Notes under the pieces: model-generated | The model's database searches: none | What the model was told of the DNA's origin: nothing | The model's input: the letters and a program-made list of their open reading frames with translations, nothing else | Source of the DNA: Macrostomum lignano | Taxonomy: Eukaryota | DNA length: 29,964 nucleotides | NCBI GenBank assembly: GCA_002269645.1 | Contig: NIVC01004965.1 | Span: forward strand, 1 to 29,964 | Direction of reading: 5' to 3' | Shown: positions 11,388 through 21,885 of the stretch, piece by piece | Position numbering within the stretch: the stretch's first letter is position 1 | How the letters are laid out: each line of letters begins with the position of its first letter | Translations under genes and position numbers: made by a program

Positions 11388-12575
11388 GGAGAGGGAGAGA
11401 GATGGAGAGGAAGCGAGAAAGATAGGAAGAGAGGGAGAGAGGGAGAGAGGGAGAGAGGGAGAGAGGGAGGAAGAGTTATAGGAAGAGAGGGAGAGAGGGA
11501 GAAGGGAAGGGAGAGGGGAGAGGGGGGTAGAGGAAGAGAGGGAGAGAGGGAGAGGAAGAGAGGGAAAGGAAGAGAGGGAGAGGATGACAGGGAGAGGAAG
11601 AGAGGGAGAGGAAGAGAGGGAGAGGAAGAGAGGGAGAGGAAGAGAGGGAGAGGAGGAGAGGGAGAGGAAGAGAGGGAGAGGAAGAGAGGGAGAGGAAGAG
11701 AGGGAGAGGAAGAGAGGGAGAGGAAGAGAGGGAGAGGAAGAGAGGGAGAGGGAGAGGGGGAGAGGATGACAGGGAGAGGAAGAGAGGGAGACGAAGAGAG
11801 GGAAAGGAAGAGAGGGAGAGGATGACAGGGAGAGGAAGAGAGGGAGAGGAAGAGAGGGAGAGGAAGAGAGGGAGAGGAAGAGAGGGAGAGGAAGAGAGGG
11901 AGAGGGAGAGGGGGAGAGGAAGAGAGGGAGAGGAAGAGAGGGAGAGGAAGAGAGGGAGAGGAAGAGAGGGAGAGGAAGAGAGGGAGAGGAAGAGAGGGAG
12001 AGGAAGAGAGGGAGAGGAAGAGAGGGAGAGGAAGAGAGGGAGAGGAAGAGAGGGAGAGGGAGAGGGGGAGAGGATGACAGGGAGAGGAAGAGAGGGAGAC
12101 GAAGAGAGGGAAAGGAAGAGAGGGAGAGGATGACAGGGAGAGGAAGAGAGGGAGAGGAAGAGAGGGAGAGGAAGAGAGGGAGAGAAAGAGGGGGAGAGGA
12201 AGAGATGGAGAGGAAGAGAGGGAGAGGAAGAGAGGGAGAGGAAGAGAGGGAGAGGGAGAGGGGGAGAGGAAGAGAGGGAGAGGAAGAGAGGGAGAGGAAG
12301 AGAGGGAGAGGAAGAGGGGGAGAGGAAGAGAGGGAGAGGAAGAGAGGGAGAGGAAGAGAGGGAGAGGATGACAGGGAGAGGAAGAGAGGGAGAGGAAGAG
12401 AGGGAGAGGAAGAGAGGGAGAGGAAGAGAGGGAGAGGAAGAGAGGGAGAGGAAGAGAGGGAGAGGAAGAGAGGGAGAGGAAGAGAGGGAGAGGAAGAGAG
12501 GGAGAGGAAGAGGGGGAGAGGAAGAGAGGGAGAGGAGGAGAGGAGGGAGAGGAAGAGAGGGAGAGGAAGAGATGG
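11388..12575. repeat. 14 bp purine minisatellite (GGGAGAGGAAGAGA), ~80 copies, with GGATGACA variants and a 308 bp higher-order duplication
   Basis: Period 14 (12001 to 12015). The variant GACGAAGAGAGGGAAAGG recurs at 11790 and 12098 (308 = 22 x 14). Confidence 0.95.
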
Positions 12576-12635
12576 AAAACCATCTCTTCTGGGTTGCCCA
12601 GAAGGAATGGGCAACCCAGACGGCAACCACCGTCT

Positions 12636-12820
12636 AATGAGGCTGCCCATTTCTAGGTCGCAAGTCGCCCGCCAAATCAACAGGTGGCTCCATCAGCAGC
12701 ACCAGCTCCACTGGAACAGCTGCACCGACTACAGGCAGACCCGCTCTGCAATGCCTAAGCTGAACAGGAAAGTCTCTGAATATCTGATCTCACTTAACAG
12801 AACCGACCGCAGGGAGATGT
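12636..12820 (+). mobile_element. Probable non-LTR retrotransposon remnant (region just C-terminal to RNase H of R1/LOA/I-type ORF2)
   Basis: The frame reads [57 protein letters not shown], similar in pattern to post-RNase H segments (..W...h...W....RQtk..lP...k.ll.LsR..lr). The expected following TGH motif is absent. Pattern recognition only. Confidence 0.45.
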
Positions 12821-13249
12821 GCATGTCGAAAGCTGAGCAACCATATAGTAATGCACAAAGAAATTAGTCTGCTTTGGCTGCTTAGAGAACGCGCAGTATA
12901 TAATATGAATCTATTATTATTAAGCTAAATGCTACTGTATCAGACGGACACTTCAGTAGTCTTCTTGAATACTTTTTAAGAGCTAAGCATAATCTTTGAC
13001 TCTCTTTCTATTCACACTTTAACAGTCGCTTTCCAAAGTTAAACTGTTCATAACACAGTGGGGCTGCAGGCTATGCATGGGCTTGCAGAAACTCAGATCA
13101 GATATAGTCAAGGGGTGGGTTTAAAAACTAAGGTCGGCTGTTTGCACTTTTAATAAGTCAATTCTAAACGGCCCAAATAGAAGAGCTGTCTGCAATTTTA
13201 GTTTGTAAAGACAGTCAATTGAATGATAAAAACCTGCTGTGTCTGTGGC

Positions 13250-14155
13250 TCAGTGTCCTAATGGCTAAATACTCAGAGGCCTAATGGCTAAATACTCAGA
13301 GGCCTAATGGCTAAATACTCAGAGGCCTAATGGCTAAATACTCAGAGGCCTAATGGCTAAATACTCAGAGGCCTAATGGCTAAATACTCAGAGGCCTAAT
13401 GGCTAAATACTCAGAGGCCTAATGGCTAAATACTCAGAGGCCTAATGGCTAAATACTCAGAGGCCTAATGGCTAAATACTCAGAGGCCTAATGGCTAAAT
13501 ACTCAGAGGCCTAATGGCTAAATATTCAGTGTCCTAATGGCTAAATATTCACTGTCCTAATGGCTAAATACTCAGAGGCCTAATGGCTAAATACTCAGAG
13601 GCCTAATGGCTAAATACTCAGTGACCTAATGGCTAAATACTCAGAGGCCTAATGGCTAAATACTGTGTCCTAATGACTAAATATTGAGTGTCCTAATGAC
13701 CCATTACTCAGTGTCCTAATGACTCAATACTCAGTGTCCTAATGGCTAAATACTCAGAGGCCTAATGGCTAAATACTCAGAGGCCTAATGGCTAAATACT
13801 CAGTGACCTAATGGCTAAATACTCAGAGGCCTAATGGCTAAATACTGTGTCCTAATGACTAAATATTGAGTGTCCTAATGACCCATTACTCAGTGTCCTA
13901 ATGACTCAATACTCAGTGTCCTAATGGCTAAATACTCAGAGGCCTAATGGCTAAATACTCAGTGTCCTAATGACTCAATACTCAGTGTCCTAATGACTGA
14001 ATATTGAGTGTCCTAATGACTCATTACTCAGTGTCCTAATGACTCATTACTCAGTGTCCTAACGACTCATTACTCAGTGTCCCAATGACTCAATACTCAG
14101 AGGCCTAATGACTCAATACCCAGTGTCCTAATGACTCAATACTCAGTATCCTAAT
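13250..14155. repeat. 23 bp AT-rich satellite (CTAATGGCTAAATACTCAGAGGC), ~39 copies, with a ~182 bp higher-order duplication
   Basis: Period 13281 to 13304. Block 13561-13742 is repeated at 13743-13924. Confidence 0.95.
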
Positions 14156-14644
14156 GAATTCATGCTCATCCTTGCCTAATGGTTAATACCATTAATGCCC
14201 AATGCTAAGCGATAGGGAAAAGGAGAAATAATTAAACAAACAATGCGCCAAGAAAGAAACAGCAGCAATGGTGCACTGCAAGGCGAAGATACAAAGCAAA
14301 CAGACACCCCTTGCAGGCTTCGCTAGTAGCAGATAAATGCCAACAGCCGACAGAACTGACATCATGTGCAGAGATTAGAAAGATTAGCACAAAACTTAAT
14401 TTCTATAGCCTTTTCCATAGAAAAGTTGCTGTTGACCAAGTTCGCAATCTAGCTGAATAATTTTGGGGTGAAATGTAGCAAAAAACTTGTCGAAGTTCGA
14501 ATGGAAAAGGGGTTTAATGCTTCTGTACCAAGGCATGTAGGCATTTTCATCCTGTTCTCTTGTTTGCTGCAGTTTGCAGAGACTGCAGTTGGAAGTGCTG
14601 TGGGTTAGGGTTGCAAAACTTTGCAGCGACTCGCGATGTGGCGA

Positions 14645-15195
14645 GATGAAGGGGAGAGATTGGGAGAGACACGAAGGGAAACTGGGGAGATGAAGGGAGT
14701 AAGATAGGGAGAGACACGAAGGGAAACTGGGAAGATGAAGGGAGGAAGATAGGGAGAGACACGAAGGGAAACTGGGAAGATGAAGGGAGGAAGATAGGGA
14801 GAGACACGAAGGGAAACTGGGAAGATGAAGGGAGGAAGATAGGGAGAGACACGAAGGGAAACTGGGAAGATGAAGGGAGGAAGATAGGGAGAGACACGAA
14901 GGGAAACTGGGGAGATGAAGGGAGGAAGATAGGGAGAGACACGAAGGGAAACTGGGAAGATGAAGGAAGGAAGATAGGGAAAGACACGAAGGGAAACTGG
15001 GAAGATGAAGGGAGGAAGATAGGGAGAGACACGAAGGGAAACTGGGGAGATGAAGGGAGGAAGATAGGGAGAGACACGAAGGGAAACTAGGAAGACGAAG
15101 CGAGGGATATAGGGAGAGACACGAACGGAAACTGGGAAGATGAAGTGAGGAAGATAGGGAGAGACACGAAGGGAAACGTGGGAGATGAAGGGAGG
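14645..15195. repeat. 45 bp purine-rich minisatellite (GATGAAGGGAGGAAGATAGGGAGAGACACGAAGGGAAACTGGGAA), ~12 copies
   Basis: Direct reading; 15-aa periodicity in the overlapping ORFs. Confidence 0.95.
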
Positions 15196-16018
15196 AGCCA
15201 AAGAAATGCAGATGCATAGAGAAGGGACAAGTAAGAAATGTTAATCAGGTGAAGGAATGCAGACGAGGGGAGAAAAAGTGCAGGCAGACGGCAAAGAACA
15301 GACGGTGCACTTTTGGCCAAACCTCACCTTTGTGCACTTGAAAAGCCAGGTATAATATAAAATATTCCACAGATCCCGTTGAATAGAAGATCTAGCTGAT
15401 TTCCCAGACATTCTTAGCTAGTTCAGCCTCTCTTCCTCATGTCCCCTCGAAGCACTCTAAAGAGACACTGCATACTTAAGCTTCAGTCTCTGTTGTACTT
15501 TAATTGAGTCAAAAAGCTCTACTGCTGCCAACTACACAGCTCTATCCTATTGGAATTTATTATAAAAGAACACGAAAAAGGCCAAGAATACACCGCTATG
15601 TGTCTGCTCTGCCGTAGGCATTGAACACGTGCGAGTACATGCTTGGCGTGTCAACTATTCTGGGGAAGGCGGGGCGGGGGAGGCAGAGCTGAGCGCGCAC
15701 TGATAAGGGGCATCAGACGGCTCCCCCCCTGTAAGCCATGGCCGCCGGTTGTGCATGCGTTCCCACCTCCTCGCTCTCTGATAGGCTCTGCCCCTAGAAG
15801 AAGAAGCCAGCGAGATTCTATATTTCGGCCTCAACCGGAGAAAACACACACATTGGGCGCGCCTGTCTGCCCGAGAGAGAGAGACAGAGAGAGCATTCCA
15901 ATTTGAAAAGAACAGAACAGGGCAGACTGAGACACAGCTGCTGGCTTCAATTCGCAAATCTCTGGGTCCCAATAAAGTTATGAGGAGCTGAACTTCATTC
16001 TTCTAATATTATTGCCAA

Positions 16019-16885
16019 ATGGCGTCAGCTACTCAGCCTCTGCTCTCCATCATTGCCAGCTGCTGCATTTTGCTTGTGTCCGGGGGAACAGTCACCGCTA
16101 GCGGCGGCAGCGGCGGTCCAACGTGCGCCCTGTTCAACAGACCCGACGGGGCCTCCCAGCTGGACTGTCGGGCCGCGGCCACCGCAGCCTCGAGCAGCCG
16201 CGGCCGCCGGCACCTGTTTGTCGGCATTCGCCGTAGCGACCAGCTGCTGCACTGGGAGCTCAGCCCGCCGTTGCTAGGCAACCAGAGCGTTAACCGGCTG
16301 CCGGCTGGCGCCCTCGCCCCGCTGCAGGCCCACCTCCGCCCGGACGTGGCTCTCGTGCTGCGCCGGCTGAACCAGCCGAGTCCCCGCCTGGCCGCCCTGT
16401 CCGACCTGCCCAGCCTGCGGCACCTGGTGCTGGCCGACTCGAATTTCACCTGCCTGCACGCCGGCCTGCTGGACTCGGCGCCTGGCCTGGCCAGCCTCAG
16501 CCTGCTGGACAACCGGCGGCTCGCCTGCCTGCAGCCGGGCGCCCTGGCCGGTCTTGGCCGGCTGCGCCGGTTCAGCGTGTCCGGCAGCCCCGCCCTGCTG
16601 CGCCTCGATCCGGCCGTCTTCTGCGGCCAACCGGCCACGCGGCTGTCCGAGCTCAGCCTCCAGCTGCCCGCCGGCTCCCGGCCGCCTGTAGCAGCGCTAA
16701 TCCGCCTGTTTGGCCTCGTCGATCTCCGCCTGTCGACGAGTTCGACAACAACCGACGACGCCGCGGCCCTGGAGCTGCTGCCGAGCCTGGCCGGCTTCAT
16801 CTGCAGCCTCTCCGGCGAGCGCCTTCGACGGCTCCGGTTAAACGGCCTGCCGGTGGTTGACCGACTGCTCGGCGAGCGGCTGCAG
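16019..16885 (+). CDS. LRR single-pass membrane protein, exon 1 (signal peptide + leucine-rich repeats)
   Basis: ATG followed by hydrophobic LLSIIASCCILLVSGGTVTA. LRR units LRHLVLADSNFTCL, LASLSLLDNRRLACLQPGALAGLGRLRRFSVSGS. Donor CAG/GTGAGG at 16886 in phase 0 after 289 codons. Confidence 0.82.
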
Positions 16886-17414
16886 GTGAGGATTAGAAAC
16901 CTCTACAAACCTCTCCGCGCCGAAGCCTGAGAGAATAACAAAACCCGTTCCCGCGGGGGCGGGGCTGGCCATAGACTATCGCTGCCGTTTCCACACCCTG
17001 CCTTATAGCTGAGGCTTGGCTGTACATTATACACTGTTTGTGCATGTGCACGAAAATTGACCAGAGGATTGACGTGCAATTTATATCCATATGAGGGCCA
17101 GCCCCCAAGTCCACATGGAGTGTACATGCCTGACGATTATACAGTCAGGACTCCTGTACAGTGTACACCCTGTGTGAGCGTGTGCATGAGTGCGTGCTTG
17201 CGTACAGTATTGGCGCGCTTGCAAGTGCTCAAGAGTCAGCGGAACGGGCAGAATGGCCACAGCACGTGTCATGAAACGATGTCTATGCAGACCAGTCTTG
17301 CTCGGCAGGAAGGAACTGAGCCTGTCTCACCCTTAGCCAAGGACAGCTCTAAATGAGATGTTTATCTTTTTTCTTGAATTTTTCTGTTCTGGCTGACTCA
17401 CTTATCAACTGCAG

Positions 17415-17954
17415 GCCTCCGTTGAGGACTTCTGCGGCGGCAGCGGCGGCGGCGCAGAGGCGGACAGCAGAAGCGGCAGCTGCGTCGCCTCCGACGGCGG
17501 CTGCTCCGACGGCTGTCCAGCGCGGCGATTATTGTCGATTCCAACGACGTCGCCTAAGGACGAACTGACTCAGACTCGGCCGCCTCAGCAGAAGCGCCAG
17601 CAGCCTCAACGGCTCGACTCAAAGCTTCAGGAAGACCGTCGGCAAGACCGGCCGAACCTGCCTGGCACGGTGCTGCTCACCGCCAGCGCCTTCGTAGCCG
17701 GCATCGTCGTGTCGCTCTACTGCCTGCTGGCGATTCAACGAAGACGCCGATTGGCGAAGAAGCGGCGATGGAGGCGGCAGCGGCTCGGCTGCGACCCGCC
17801 GGCACCGGTGCGAGGGGAAGCACCGGTTGAGTGCACCGGTGCTGGCGCGGAACCGGTGCAGTTAATTGGATTCGCGAGACGGGGCAGCTTCTCAGCGGTG
17901 AGCCGGGTGGCCGCCGGGGACTCGCAACTGCTGCTGGCTGTCCAGCGGCTGTAG
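17415..17954 (+). CDS. LRR single-pass membrane protein, exon 2 (Gly/Cys-rich stalk, TM helix, short cytoplasmic tail)
   Basis: Branch-like CTGAC near 17393 and acceptor CTGCAG at 17409-17414. Phase 0, in frame with ORF 17532-17954. TM VLLTASAFVAGIVVSLYCLLAI is followed by QRRRRLAKKRR (positive-inside). Total ~468 aa. Confidence 0.8.
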   Translation, partial: ASVEDFCGGSGGGAEADSRSGSCVASDGGCSDGCPARRLLSIPTTSPKDELTQTRPPQQKRQQPQRLDSKLQEDRRQDRPNLPGTVLLTASAFVAGIVVSLYCLLAIQRRRRLAKKRRWRRQRLGCDPPAPVRGEAPVECTGAGAEPVQLIGFARRGSFSAVSRVAAGDSQLLLAVQRL

Positions 17955-18044
17955 AGGAAAGTTTTCTACTCAACTTCCCCGTAGCAACCAGGGGAACGAG
18001 CCTTGGATACGGCTGCTTCTCGGGTAGCTCTAGTTGGCATTGAC

Positions 18045-18520
18045 TCTGGGGATTCCAGGGATCAAAACACTGATCCCAGCGGGGATTCTAGGGATCAAAA
18101 CACTGATCCCAGCGGGGATTCTAGGGATCAAAACACTCTGATTCCAGTGGGGATTCTAGGGATCAAAACACTCCGATCCCAGTGGGGATTCTAGGGATCA
18201 AAACACTGATCCTAGTGGGGATTAAGGATCAAAACACTGATCCCAATTTGGGGATTCAAGGGATCAAAACACACTGATCCCAATTTGGGGATTCTAGGAA
18301 TCAAAACTCTGCGATCCCTACAGGGGTTCTAAGGATAAAAACACACTGATCCCAATTTGGGGATTCAAGGGATCAAAACTCTGCGATCCCAGTGGGGATT
18401 CCAGGGATCAAAACACTGATCCCAATTTGGGGGATTCTAGTGATCCAAACAATAATCCCAATTGGGGATTCTAGAGATCAAAATACTGATCCCAGTGGAG
18501 ATTTTAGGGATCAAAACACT
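18045..18520. repeat. ~33 bp minisatellite with internal hairpin (GGGGATTCTAGGGATCAAAACACTGATCCCAGT), ~14 copies
   Basis: Direct reading. GGGATCA/TGATCCC is a perfect 7-bp inverted repeat in intact units. Confidence 0.93.
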
Positions 18521-19489
18521 GCACAGTGATGACGGAAATCTGCCTATAAAGCATTTCGACAGGCACCATATCCGAGCTAAACACCCTGTTGCTAAGGAGG
18601 GCTTCCCTCGTTAGTTCCCAAGTTTTTAACCTATCTATATGAGCGAATGCTTAGCTTAATAATGAAAGAAATTATTGATGTACATACTTTATCAAAGACA
18701 AAAACCGATTGCTGCTTTTACACTTTACCTTGCTGTTACCTCATTTGTTATACATGTAGCTGTAGGTAATAGTAGTACATATAGTGCAATAATTAATGTC
18801 ATTACATCTTGTTTTCTTTGTCAATTTAGACTGGTTTACCGCTTCAATAAAATACCTGCTTGAAGTCTTGTGCGTCTGACTTTCAGTTGTAAAAAAACCT
18901 ATATAATTATCTAGTTGTTTTACCACCTTATCAGGTGATAATTGACCTCAGATAAGCCGCAGCTTATTGTTAGCATTATTTGTCGGCCATAAAAAACTTT
19001 CGTCAGTGCGTAAAACCTAAGTTTTACGAGGCCCGCAATTTGAGTTCTAAAACAGATTGCGGCCAGATAAACTGATATCCATGTGAATTGCTCACTATAA
19101 AGGACACGTTCAAGCCAAAATAACAGTGCACGTGTGGCCTTCACATGCTCATAGGTACTAAGACGCTTACTTAGCTTTTAAGGGTTATAAAATGCAGAGG
19201 TAGATAATGAAAAGCAAAACCTGCCAATCAACAATCCAGCAGATAAGCCGAGCTCAACACTGCAATAAAACATTACGCATATCGAACACAATAGGGCACG
19301 GACGGACTATGTAGCTCGTAGTCATTAAGTACCTTCAATGACAAGGTGTCGATTTGAAATCTGCATTTTTATGAAATGGAGATCGGGATCTACCTGCAAT
19401 AATAAGTATGTACGAGTATATCCCGCTTGCGATCTTGGGATCGAGGCCTAGAAGTGTTTTGACTTCAAATCTGCAACTATAGAATTAGA

Positions 19490-20505
19490 ACTTCAGGCAG
19501 CTTTGGGATCGGGACTTCATACAGCTTTGGGATCGGGACTTCATACAGCTTTGGGATCGGGACTTCATACAGCTTTGGGATCGGGACTTCATACAGCTTT
19601 GGGATAGGGACTTCAGGCAGCTTTGGGATCGGGACTTCATACAGCTTTGGGATCGGGACTTCATACAGCTTTGGGATCGGGACTTCAGGCAGCTTTGGGA
19701 TCGGGACTTCAGGCAACTTTGGGATCAGGGCTTCATACAGCTTTGGGATTGGGACTTCAGGAAGCTTTGGGATCGGGACTTCAGGCAACTTTGGGATCAG
19801 GGCTTCATACAGCTTTGGGATTGGGACTTCAGGCAGCTTTGGGATCGGGACTTCAGGCAACTTTGGGATCAGGGCTTCATACAGCTTTGGGATTGGGACT
19901 TCAGGAAGCTTTGGGATTGGAACTTCAGGAAGCTTTGGAATTGGGATTCAGGAAGCTTTGGAATAGGGACTTCAGGCAGCTTTGGGATCGGGGCTTCAGG
20001 CAGCTTTGGGATCGGGACTTCAGGCAGCTTTGGGATCGGGACTTCATACAGCTTTGGGATCGGGACTTCATACAGCTTTGGGATCGGGACTTCATACAGC
20101 TTTGGGATCGGGACTTCAGGCAGCTTTGGGATCGGGACTTCAGGCAACTTTGGGATCAGGGCTTCATACAGCTTTGGGATTGGGACTTCAGGAAGCTTTG
20201 GGATTGGAACTTCAGGAAGCTTTGGAATTGGGATTCAGGAAGCTTTGGAATCGGGACTTCAGGCAGCTTTGGGATCGGGGCTTCATACAGCTTTGGGATT
20301 GGGACTTCAGGAAGCTTTGGGATCGGGACTTCAGGCAGCTTTGGGATCGGGATTCAGGAAGCTTTGGGATCGGGACTTCAGGCAGCTTTGGGATCGGGAC
20401 TTCATACAGCTTGGGGATCGGGACTTCAGGCAGATTTGGGATCGGGACTTCAGACAGCTTTGGGATCGGGACTTAGACAGCTTTGGGATCAGGACTTCAT
20501 GCAGC
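19490..20505. repeat. 24 bp minisatellite (CTTTGGGATCGGGACTTCATACAG / ...CAGGCAG), ~42 copies, with 72 bp and ~288 bp higher-order structure
   Basis: Direct reading. Variant block AACTTCAGGAAGCTTTGGAATTGGGATTC occurs at 19921 and ~20209. Confidence 0.95.
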
Positions 20506-21284
20506 AAGGTCTAAAAATATGAAAGGCAAAGTCGCACGCAAAGCAAATTTGTAACACGGTGATAACTAATCTTTAACTGTGTTGCCAGCAAGCCAAGAAA
20601 CAGGAGACAACAAATTCTCGGATATATAATTGAACCAATGTCACAGAAACTCAGGCGGCAGTTAATTAAACAAAAAGATATAAAACAGCTTTGACAGACA
20701 CTTTGTAGCTTTCTTCGAATTTGGGAGCCTGTGAGCGCGGCGTCACTTTGAAGACGACGCAAAGTTAGCAGAATAAATAAATAAATATATATATCCAATC
20801 GGTAACATAGATTTGAAAATATTTATGAAAAAACAGTATAATTATAGTTATATACGAAGGCCATCTCGGACAAAATTGTCCATTTAGGATTAAAACATAC
20901 GTCAAGATGTCCCGCTTAACAAATTTATGCATAGAAGAGATGGGGAAGCGGGCAAATAGAACTCTGTATTAAACAATTTATACTACTAAATAAGCCTATA
21001 GCAGTAGTAGTAGAGATCGTATATGAGGAGTGACTACTTTTTATTTTTATTTTTGGGAAATATGAGAACACAAAAAACTGAATAATGACAAAGTCGATTT
21101 TCTTTATCTGTCCCAACAGATACTGCAATAACCAGGGCATGGGCCACTAAGTAGATTTGCGTGCAAGCTACTTGTAGTTCAGTAGAAAGTAGCAAATATA
21201 CGTATTTTAATTTATTTAAAAAAACAGAGTATCATTGGTTCTATTAACCCGGAATGGCATTGGGAGAGCCATTCAAAGAGGTCA

Positions 21285-21546
21285 AGGGGGTCAGCTGACC
21301 TCACTATTGAAACAGATTTACTGGGGGGTCAAAGGGTCAGCTGTCCCCCTCCCTAGTGAAACAGATTTACTGGGGGGCCAAGGGGTCAGCTGTTCCCCTA
21401 GTGAAACAGATTTACTGGGGGTCAAGGGGTCAGCTGCCCCCTAGTGAAACAGATTTACTGGGGGTCAAGGGGTCAGCTGTCCCCTTAGTGAAACAGATTT
21501 ACTAGGGGGTCAAGGGGTCAGCTGTCCCCCTAGTGAAACAGATTTA
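21285..21546. repeat. ~44 bp minisatellite (GTGAAACAGATTTACTGGGGGTCAAGGGGTCAGCTGTCCCCCTA), ~6 copies
   Basis: Unit starts at 21401, 21444, 21488, 21533. Confidence 0.92.
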
Positions 21547-21634
21547 CCAACAAGCCAATGCTAAAGAGGCCCATACAGTTAGTGGAGTACCCGTGATTTG
21601 TCCTCGGGACGATTGCCCTCCTTCTGTCCTCTAT

Positions 21635-21885
21635 TTAAACTTCAAAGAAATTTCCCGAGTGCGGATCGCGACCAGCTCTGGCGGCCAGCGAGTGGCGCAG
21701 CCAGTCCTCCTGCAGGCGGCTGTACATGGCGGAGCTCAGCTGCAGCGGCTGGCCCCGGCGAAGATATTCGTCGGTCTCGCCGTACCGATCAACGTAGGGA
21801 GCGCTGGAGATGCAGCCCAGGCGGTTGGGGGCCGACACCAGCAGCAGGGTGCAGTCTAGCACGCGAAGGAACACGCCGGTGCCGC
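21635..21885 (-). CDS. UBR1: UBR1/UBR2-type E3 ubiquitin ligase, last exon
   Basis: GTGVFLRVLDC...APYVDRYGETDEYLRRGQPLQL matches the conserved PYLDxYGETDxGLxRGNPL C-terminal motif. Acceptor CCCGCAG in phase 1; length 251 nt is consistent with the frame. Confidence 0.9.

Noticed and set aside
10430-12867. Long Ser/Leu/Pro and Glu/Arg/Gly ORFs on both strands
   Set aside because: Translations of 14-bp satellites; no splice or domain support.
14396-15217. Repeat ORFs (SSSLHLPSFPSCLSL etc.)
   Set aside because: 45-bp minisatellite translation.
19477-20522. PEVPIPKL / LGSGLQAA repeat ORFs resembling extensin or structural proteins
   Set aside because: The 24-bp minisatellite is open in several frames on both strands, with frame switches at indels; no flanking coding context.
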